Virus record (IMG/VR): IMGVR_UViG_3300009068_000001
Location: 35,806 to 99,805 of that record
DNA length: 64,000 bases
Direction: 5' to 3' (one strand)
Source: a virus
Shown here piece after piece: positions 57,456 to 64,000 of the stretch (the stretch's first letter is position 1; the number at the start of each line of letters is the position of its first letter). The notes under the pieces are model-generated. The model was not told the origin of the DNA. It saw only the letters and a program-made list of their open reading frames with translations, and did no database searches. Position numbers and translations under genes: made by a program.

Positions 57456-57956
57456 TTATTTGATCTTAATGATCTTTGGTTGTAACTCCTCTGGGAGTTC
57501 CTGCTGCAGAGTGATTCGTAACAATCCATCCTTAAGTTCTGCACCCTTGACAACTACATACTCCGCTAATACGAAGTCTTGCTTGAAGTCTCTGGTTGCA
57601 ATTCCCTTATGGATAGGTTCAGTCTCAGATGCCTCTAATTCGCCTTGTACGGTCAGCTGAAGCTCTTTGACACTGATTGTGATATCTTCCTTAGCAAAGC
57701 CTGCTACAGCGAGTTCTAAGACATATGTGTCCTTATCGCGGTAGATGTTATAAGGTGGGTAACCAGCAGTTTTAGATTGCGCTGCTACTTGCTTGAATAC
57801 ATCAAGCATAGGATCAAAGCCAATAGCCCAGCGATTAAACTGAGGAAAGAGGGTTTGAATAGTTACTTGCTGTGGAAGTGTTACTTGTTTCTTTGTGTGT
57901 TCCCATGTATCTGTGTAGCGATCATGTGGGGAACCCATTGGGTAGCCTGAAGCCAT
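57456..57956 (-). CDS. small heat shock protein Hsp20 (IbpA-like)
   Basis: IGFD..YPPYNI..LELAVAGF..IHKGIATRDF..F.LAEYV.V.GAELKDGLL.I.L. Confidence 0.93.
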   Translation of the reverse strand: MASGYPMGSPHDRYTDTWEHTKKQVTLPQQVTIQTLFPQFNRWAIGFDPMLDVFKQVAAQSKTAGYPPYNIYRDKDTYVLELAVAGFAKEDITISVKELQLTVQGELEASETEPIHKGIATRDFKQDFVLAEYVVVKGAELKDGLLRITLQQELPEELQPKIIKIK

Positions 57957-57958
57957 AA

Positions 57959-58019
57959 TATATCTCCTTAGACGATATAAGTTAGTTGAGACCCATTCGG
58001 CGTCTCTATTTTAATTATA
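57959..58019 (-). promoter_or_regulatory. hsp20 promoter and structured leader (ROSE-like)
   Basis: TATAAT; GAGAC..GTCTC hairpin; TATATCGTCT-AA-GGAGATATA covering the RBS. Confidence 0.55.
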
Positions 58020-58031
58020 GTGTATAAAACT

Positions 58032-58526
58032 CTAATTAGGGACTTTTAAACCCTGTAAATATTCTTCTGTAAGGTTATCTATCTCACCTGGTCTTGTACG
58101 GTAATAATTATGGTTTTCCACACCAGAGAACTTTAGCCACTCTCCAGTAGAGTGATAGCCTTTTAGCTCTTCCCACATCTCTAGGTCTACATCAGCATAG
58201 CGCACCCAAGGCTCAATGTCACCCGCCCTGATTTGACTTTTTGGACTAGATTTTTTTCTAGGTTCATATGTAAATACAACAAGTAACATTTGCATACCAC
58301 GATGGTAGCCAATCCACTTAGCTCTCCGCCTTCTACCAGTTGATGGAGCAGGCACTTGTTCCCACCCGTCACCAAACATCTCAGAGGTGTAACCCTCCGA
58401 CGGATCTTCCTTCTTCTCCCCCTGGAATGCAGGATCAGCAAAGCCATACATGGCTGCAGCAAGGTTAAGTTTCTTATTGGCCTCATCAGGACCTATGTTA
58501 TGTCCTATGAACTCTTCTCTAGGCAC
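58032..58526 (-). CDS. KTSC-domain protein (paralogue of 56447)
   Basis: RAKWIGYH..LLVVF..RYADVDLEMWEELKGYHSTGEWL. Confidence 0.65.
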   Translation of the reverse strand: MPREEFIGHNIGPDEANKKLNLAAAMYGFADPAFQGEKKEDPSEGYTSEMFGDGWEQVPAPSTGRRRRAKWIGYHRGMQMLLVVFTYEPRKKSSPKSQIRAGDIEPWVRYADVDLEMWEELKGYHSTGEWLKFSGVENHNYYRTRPGEIDNLTEEYLQGLKVPN

Positions 58527-58618
58527 TTGATCTCACAATCCCTCGCTAATCCCGAAACAACATAACGTTTACCACAGAAGCAACATGTCCACTGCTTTAG
58601 ACGCTCTTTGTCATCCAT
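58505..58618 (-). CDS. 37-aa Cys-containing protein, probably leaderless
   Basis: MDDKERLKQWTCCFCGKRYVVSGLARDCEIKC; TACAAT 6 nt before the ATG. Confidence 0.55.
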   Translation of the reverse strand: MDDKERLKQWTCCFCGKRYVVSGLARDCEIKCLEKSS

Positions 58619-58957
58619 AATCTGATTGTACAGCTCCCCGCCGATTTTCGCTCCAGTAAAACTATGATCATAGATAGCTCAAGCCACTGCCTCAACTCTC
58701 ACAGGTGTGATCGATATCACGGCCACTGTCTACCCCACATATAGCTCACTAGTTCGTATCGCCTCGTCAATCGGTGGGTGCGAAGTTTTTTAAGGGTGGG
58801 GTGGGTCTTATGGATTCACACAAGGTTGTAACCCATCAGGGGCAAAGTCGGGAAGGTGAGTCGCCCCTTCTCGATAGGCGAAAGGACTCCTTCTCCTGCA
58901 CCCGCTCCTGCTATCTAGTCGCAAGGCTAGATAGTAGGGTCGGGCGGCAGGAGATAC

Positions 58958-59530
58958 TTGTCCACCCGAGAAAGCACTGCTATGTCACTCGCAAAGTTGA
59001 CAGATAGCACACAGGCACGCATCAACGCTCTGTGTGACCGCTTTAATGACAAGAAGGGCTGGCACATCTCAGAGATAGTATCTGAGTATGTTGCTGACCC
59101 TGCTGTCACCCCTGAGCACCTACTCGTAGGTCTCAAGGGCAAGCAAAATGTAGGCACAGCCTACGCTGCGTGGTATGTCCATAAGTCTGGTGTAGATGCC
59201 AAGTCTATGAACATCACCTTCATTGCGAACAACTACTCATCTATTCAGGTGCAAACAACACCCGAGAAGATGAATGCTGAACTCAGCCGTGTATCCGCAC
59301 TAGCCATTGACGAGAAGAAGTCATTGGCTATGGCAGACGCATTGGCAGGCACAGCCATTGTTGCTCAACTCGAAGCACTTAGCGACCAGTTCGACAAGGT
59401 TGCTAAGACCATTATGGTTCCAAGCCAAGCGTCTGACGCATTGGTTATGACCCTGAAGGTCAAGTTCGAGAAGTTGCTCAGCCAGTATCAGAGCAACAAG
59501 GTTCAGGAGAAGGAGACTATCAACGCTTAG
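58958..59530 (+). CDS. first early-region hypothetical protein (start possibly 58981)
   Basis: Long ORF followed by a UUCG hairpin. Confidence 0.7.
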   Translation: MSTRESTAMSLAKLTDSTQARINALCDRFNDKKGWHISEIVSEYVADPAVTPEHLLVGLKGKQNVGTAYAAWYVHKSGVDAKSMNITFIANNYSSIQVQTTPEKMNAELSRVSALAIDEKKSLAMADALAGTAIVAQLEALSDQFDKVAKTIMVPSQASDALVMTLKVKFEKLLSQYQSNKVQEKETINA

Positions 59531-59856
59531 TTGATAGTTCCAATAGTCGCAGGGGGCACTTCGGTGCTCCCTGCCTCTATCTATGTCCATAGTTATGCTG
59601 TGGGCATAGATGGGGGCAGTAATTGCCACGACACCTACTCAGCGAAGTAGCATTGTGGTATGCCACGCAGAGAAGGAGTCTGAGTAGCCGCTATGTCCTG
59701 ATAGGCCACTGGCCTCACAGCCGTAATGCTTACCTGTTGGTAAGACCAGGTTGTGGGGCTGGTGGCTTATCTATTATCAGGTAGTTGGTGAGGGGCACAC
59801 AGGAGATACCTGTGTGCTCGTCACTCTCTATCTGGAGAGTGGAAAGGAGGAGCATT

Positions 59857-60006
59857 ATGTTTACACTATCTGTAAAGATAGGTTTCACCCGTAAACCCCG
59901 CAAGCAAAAAGAGCTGACCAGTGTTTCTTGTCATCACTGTGGCAAGACCTACACAATGCACATAAAGAACATCAGAGCAACTAACTATTGCTCTACTTGC
60001 AAGTAA
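59857..60006 (+). CDS. zinc-finger microprotein
   Basis: AAGGAGG RBS; CHHC..CSTC. Confidence 0.65.
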   Translation: MFTLSVKIGFTRKPRKQKELTSVSCHHCGKTYTMHIKNIRATNYCSTCK

Positions 60007-60173
60007 TGTGCCCAGATTGTAAGAACCCTATCCCCACAGGTAAGGCTGTCTATGATGATGGCTACATCTCTTGTTGGGATTGCTACGTTAAACACTTAGC
60101 CTCTAGGGGCTATGTTGTAATGATAGATGAGCACATTCCTTATGTGCCTACACCACTATACAAGAAGGGATAG
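60006..60173 (+). CDS. zinc-finger microprotein
   Basis: CPDC..CWDC. Confidence 0.6.
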   Translation: MCPDCKNPIPTGKAVYDDGYISCWDCYVKHLASRGYVVMIDEHIPYVPTPLYKKG

Positions 60174-60175
60174 TT

Positions 60176-60379
60176 ATGGAATGTATCAACTGCGGACAGC
60201 CTGTATCTCAGGCTAGATGGGACATAGGTAGGCACACCTGTCTATCTTGTGGCAGTGCAGAGGCTAGGCAAACTATACAAGATGAGTTCCGTCTTATCCT
60301 TATGCCTAAGCAAGGCTTTGCCTTTGTTCTCTCTGATAGTGATGACCTTAAGAATGGTAAGAGTTCAGGTCGCCAGTAA
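60176..60379 (+). CDS. DksA/TraR-type C4 zinc-finger protein
   Basis: CINCGQPVSQAR..TCLSC. Confidence 0.6.
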   Translation: MECINCGQPVSQARWDIGRHTCLSCGSAEARQTIQDEFRLILMPKQGFAFVLSDSDDLKNGKSSGRQ

Positions 60380-60539
60380 TCCCCAAAAAATTTTGCCCTT
60401 TTTTTATTTATCCACAGGTTGTGGAAGATACATAGGACGACAGACTGAGGCTCGTAAGGCGTTCATTTGCCTGTGTAGCGTGTATGTCGGCTTTCCCTAT
60501 GTATCTCTCACTCCTTATGGAGTAGAAAGCAGGTAAGAA

Positions 60540-60677
60540 ATGGATGAAGAAGAACTAGATGAGACCCTCAAGTCTTTGCTGATGAAAGGTCTTATCTCTG
60601 TTTCCTATAATGAAAACCTAGAGGCTATCTTTACACCTACGCCTTTGGGTATTGCTGTGGCTGAGGCACACAAATGA
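60540..60677 (+). CDS. 45-aa hypothetical protein
   Basis: MDEEELDETLKSLLMKGLISV..; ATGA coupling. Confidence 0.5.
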   Translation: MDEEELDETLKSLLMKGLISVSYNENLEAIFTPTPLGIAVAEAHK

Positions 60678-60856
60678 TTGACACAGCCACATACGAACGA
60701 AGCACGATCAAGATAACTACATCATGTAATGGTCAAGTCTTTACCTTCTCCTCTACACACTATGTAAAGCGTGTAGTTACAAAGTTGACCCGCGAAAAAT
60801 CCCCCGAAAGATTGGCAGTTGAATTGCTGAGAGAGGGGGAGATGTGTTCATTGTAA
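60674..60856 (+). CDS. hypothetical protein
   Basis: Coupled ORF. Confidence 0.5.
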   Translation: MIDTATYERSTIKITTSCNGQVFTFSSTHYVKRVVTKLTREKSPERLAVELLREGEMCSL

Positions 60857-60954
60857 TGGCAGTAGGTGTAGTTCTAATAGCAACAGGCGTGTTCGTCCTG
60901 TTAGTTAATACGCAATACAAGATTGACCAACAAGATCCAGAATGGAGGCAGTAA

Positions 60955-61203
60955 ATGTTTGAAATGAATGGTGAACAGTTGTGTGCTCATACTGACAGGG
61001 AGATATTCTTCCCTGTTGGTAAGGCTGATCCAAATAAGAAGCTAGCCTTTGCTATGTGCAAGGCTTGCCCATTGCTTTCAGCGTGTCGTACATACGCTGA
61101 GACCACACCGGGGCTGTATGGCATCTGGGGTGGCAAGGAATACTATGGCATAGGCTTTGTATCCGCTATGTCACATCAAGCAGAAAGGAAACTAAGTGCC
61201 TAA
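60955..61203 (+). CDS. whiB: second WhiB-family protein
   Basis: C..DREIFFP..CKACP..C..YA..GIWGG. Confidence 0.88.
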   Translation: MFEMNGEQLCAHTDREIFFPVGKADPNKKLAFAMCKACPLLSACRTYAETTPGLYGIWGGKEYYGIGFVSAMSHQAERKLSA

Positions 61204-61328
61204 AGACATGGAGAAAGAACTGGAAGCATTACGAGCATCAATAGATGCATTGCGCCCAGTTATTATTCAGTTACAGATAGATGTATACACACTCAAGTCT
61301 CAGCAACTTCTAAGAGATAGGGTTATCA

Positions 61329-61541
61329 ATGGCAAGTAATCATTTGTATGACCCAGATGATGGTGGTACAGACATGGAGATTGTCATCAGCCCCGATACT
61401 TGGTGGTATGCAGTATGTGACAATAAAATCAAATTGAGTAACTTCGACTATGAAAGTGCAAGGCCAACAGGAGAGACCTGCAAAGCCTGCATTACTAAAG
61501 CAAAGGAGCAAGATCCACATGGCATCATCTGGAATCTCTAG
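61329..61541 (+). CDS. hypothetical protein
   Basis: H..C..CKAC. Confidence 0.5.
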   Translation: MASNHLYDPDDGGTDMEIVISPDTWWYAVCDNKIKLSNFDYESARPTGETCKACITKAKEQDPHGIIWNL

Positions 61542-61830
61542 CACTACTATCGTTGAATGTTACAGGTGTCAAGACCCTCAAGTCTTTAGGCACATACCTA
61601 ATTCTATGGACTCAGATATACCTGTGGCCTTAGAACTATCCCTAGATGGTGGCTACATGATGTTCGTAGACAACATCTATGCTGTGGGTGCGGATAACCC
61701 GCTCTCATTTATGCTGTGTCATACCTGTGCTCATGAGTTTACCAAGTTCATGCGTATACCAGAGGCAACAGTAACCAAGTGGCATCCCAAGACAGAAGCG
61801 GAGTATTGCAATGGCTGGTCGTTCAGATAA
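61519..61830 (+). CDS. hypothetical zinc-binding protein
   Basis: CYRC..GGYMMFVD..CHTC. Confidence 0.55.
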   Translation: MASSGISSTTIVECYRCQDPQVFRHIPNSMDSDIPVALELSLDGGYMMFVDNIYAVGADNPLSFMLCHTCAHEFTKFMRIPEATVTKWHPKTEAEYCNGWSFR

Positions 61831-62050
61831 ACAAGACAAGAAAGACCTGCGTGCTCATGGATACATGACACCGGGTGAGTTTGTAGATAAGTTAGTGCCG
61901 GGACTCAAAGAGTATCTCAAGCACAACTGGGGGTGTAAGCCTGATGAGTTGTATCACCCCGAAGATTTATTTTCTAACGCAGAAATATATTTAGAGGTAG
62001 CACGCCATGTAGTTGGTACTTTTGGCGTACAACCTAGCGAGAAAGCCTAG
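61811..62050 (+). CDS. hypothetical protein
   Basis: GGAG RBS; followed by a hairpin. Confidence 0.6.
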   Translation: MAGRSDKQDKKDLRAHGYMTPGEFVDKLVPGLKEYLKHNWGCKPDELYHPEDLFSNAEIYLEVARHVVGTFGVQPSEKA

Positions 62051-62067
62051 CCCGTTCGCTAGGCAAG

Positions 62068-62116
62068 GGGCCGGAGTTGAGAGTGTGAGGGTACTCTCCT
62101 CCGGTCCTTTATCTTT
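62068..62116 (+). terminator. terminator-like hairpin
   Basis: GGGCCGGAG..GAGAGT..ACTCTC-CTCCGGTCC followed by TTTATCTTT. Confidence 0.6.
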
Positions 62117-62465
62117 CTATACGATGCAGTATGGGCAGGATGGTCCTGCTCATACTGGATTGTATAGACAATCCAAGGAACACCATCGGACATTCAGATC
62201 TGATTAGGGATGGAGTGTGCTAAGACTTCGAACGCAATGGCTGACTGCCTACGCAATTAGATGCAATCGACCCCACTGGCCGGACCCTTTATCCTCGATA
62301 CAACTTCGTGGGTGTATCACGATACTGGTCTATATCTGCTTACCGAAAAAAATATATGGTGCCAGTCAAAAGACACAGAGCATGTGGTCTCTAAAACATG
62401 CACCAACACAAACAAACACATACCCCCAGCCGGAGGTGTGTCCACGTACAAGAGAAGGGACTGAC

Positions 62466-62924
62466 GTGAGTACATCAACTACCGCATCAGTTACATACAA
62501 CACCAAATCTCTTATCAAGCAGTTAGAGGCAACTCGTGACCGCATGAATAAAGAGATAGCAGAGTGGGAAGATGCAGCAAGCAAACTCCCCGCAAAGCAA
62601 AAAGCATGGGATAAAAAAGCCCGTGCTTGGTTCAAAAAGAACGCAGCGTCATTGATTGATGATGATACTGATGTTCATAACCGCAATTATCACAGAGATA
62701 CTACCCATATTCAAATTGAAGTGGATACATCTGTTATGACTGAGGCTATTGGACCATCACCTGAAGGCACAAGAGAAACACGTCCTGATTACGACCAGAC
62801 TAATTACAACCAAAAGGTTAAACCTCTGGAAGAAATTGAGAACGCTATCGCTATGTTCAAGGGCTGCACAGATACAGACATCAAGGTATCAATGAAGAGT
62901 GCTTTCTTTAGATACCTTCGATAA
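62466..62924 (+). CDS. hypothetical coiled-coil protein (start likely GTG at 62466)
   Basis: AGAAGGGA RBS before GTG; the upstream part of the track ORF overlaps structured sequence. Confidence 0.65.
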   Translation: MSTSTTASVTYNTKSLIKQLEATRDRMNKEIAEWEDAASKLPAKQKAWDKKARAWFKKNAASLIDDDTDVHNRNYHRDTTHIQIEVDTSVMTEAIGPSPEGTRETRPDYDQTNYNQKVKPLEEIENAIAMFKGCTDTDIKVSMKSAFFRYLR

Positions 62925-63041
62925 CAATTTAATAACGGGTAATGCCGGTTGGTTTCTAAAGTTCTTCCTGAGGTAAAAGAACTCCTGTCCTGAGCATGAC
63001 AAGGCTAAACTGCTCATTTTTCATACCCTGAAAGGAACAAC

Positions 63042-63200
63042 ATGGACACAGCAACAGGTATTGACAAGCGCACCAAACAATTACTATTCTTACTTGAAGC
63101 CCAGTTATTTCATGGGTTGACTCGTAAGGAGGCGGTCATGCTATGGAATGATGGCATTGATACGCTACACAGCGTAGTAGAAAATATCTACTTCGATTAA
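63042..63200 (+). CDS. 52-aa hypothetical protein
   Basis: GAAAGGA RBS. Confidence 0.55.
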   Translation: MDTATGIDKRTKQLLFLLEAQLFHGLTRKEAVMLWNDGIDTLHSVVENIYFD

Positions 63201-63222
63201 TCTATGCCGGAAGGATAGATAA

Positions 63223-63498
63223 ATGGCAATAAAGAAATCAAGCGGGAGTAATGATGCCCGTAAAAATGGCAAGGCATGGAAGAAGAACCCAGGCCCTGCT
63301 CAACCACCTAAAACCAACTTCACACACGTCAATGGACGCAGTCCAGAGAACGATGCTAAGCGTGAGGCTTGGAAGAAAGCAGGAGGACGTTGGAACCACA
63401 AGTCAATTCCACATTGGAAGACTGGCAAGGTTTACCAAGCATCCAACATCGCACCTGCATTTGATCCTGAAAAGTTACAGGAGTTAATCAATGCGTAA
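63223..63498 (+). CDS. basic hypothetical protein
   Basis: AAGGA RBS; K/W-rich. Confidence 0.6.
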   Translation: MAIKKSSGSNDARKNGKAWKKNPGPAQPPKTNFTHVNGRSPENDAKREAWKKAGGRWNHKSIPHWKTGKVYQASNIAPAFDPEKLQELINA

Positions 63499-63805
63499 GA
63501 AAAAAGTAATAGCTGCTATTGAACAGCAGATACTCGAAGAGCATGCTGAACTCCACGGAGTTGAACAACAGAATGCTCGCGCTTATTACAGTGGGTTGAT
63601 GGATGGCTTGGGGTTTGCCCTCAAGATGCTGAAGCCTACCTCAACTGTGATATCTCTCACATCTGTATGGTATACAGATGATGACCCAACACAAACACTC
63701 GAACGAGACCGCGAACGTGTCATAGAACTTCAATATGTTGACATGGAGGACCCAAAGGATGTAGCTTGTTATGCAGGCTTATTCGAAACAGCGGAGGCAA
63801 CCTAA
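63491..63805 (+). CDS. hypothetical protein
   Basis: AGGAG RBS. Confidence 0.6.
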   Translation: MRKKKVIAAIEQQILEEHAELHGVEQQNARAYYSGLMDGLGFALKMLKPTSTVISLTSVWYTDDDPTQTLERDRERVIELQYVDMEDPKDVACYAGLFETAEAT

Positions 63806-64000
63806 TGTATTACTACGCAGATAAGACGTATGCTGATTGGCAAGATTACTTAGCCAATGGCCGTAAAAAGTATGAACGTACTCTTTATGACCGTGGTTAT
63901 CGTATTCGATACGCCAACAAATTCAACAAGTCTAGCGATATACAGATAGTAATGCCGTGGATGAACAACCACCCATTAATAACTATACATCCAGACAATA
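63805..64000 (+). CDS. hypothetical protein, truncated by window end
   Basis: MYYYADKTYADW..ITIHPDN, open to the end. Confidence 0.55.
   Translation, partial: MYYYADKTYADWQDYLANGRKKYERTLYDRGYRIRYANKFNKSSDIQIVMPWMNNHPLITIHPDN

Noticed and set aside
62217-62465. N-terminal 83 aa of the 235-aa track ORF
   Set aside because: A better RBS and GTG start lie at 62466; the upstream part looks non-coding
1-64000. CRISPR array, integrase, IS element, or stop-codon reassignment
   Set aside because: No regularly spaced repeats or recombinase/transposase motifs seen; long genes are intact in the standard code and TAA, TAG and TGA all act as stops

Overview
The window is a 64 kb piece of a large tailed dsDNA phage genome with a contractile (myovirus-type) tail. 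The host is probably an Actinobacterium: there are two WhiB genes, an FmdB-type zinc ribbon, TANNNT-type promoters and apparent leaderless starts. From 1 to about 58.6 kb almost all genes are on the minus strand. Read in transcription order they are: an accessory block (KTSC x2, Hsp20, tRNA-Asn, proteasome-like Ntn hydrolase), small basic/disordered proteins, terminase-portal-scaffold-capsid, a neck protein followed by about 16 kb of modular fibre genes, neck/tail completion, sheath, tube, chaperone, tape measure-M23, baseplate, and a replication module (initiator, DnaC, DnaB, primase, HNH, SNF2 helicase). After about 58.8 kb genes switch to the plus strand: small early-type ORFs separated by long RNA hairpins. 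The most notable signals are: (i) a daisy-chained, probably branched fibre tree apparently hung from the neck and built from three paralogous cassettes; (ii) a 26-Cys insert in a fibre-tip protein with coupled Cys-cluster partner genes; (iii) one ~70-aa beta domain inserted 8 times into 7 virion proteins; (iv) two candidate programmed frameshifts; (v) several unexplained structured RNAs. All calls come from reading the sequence and recalling motifs; no database searches or folding programs were run.
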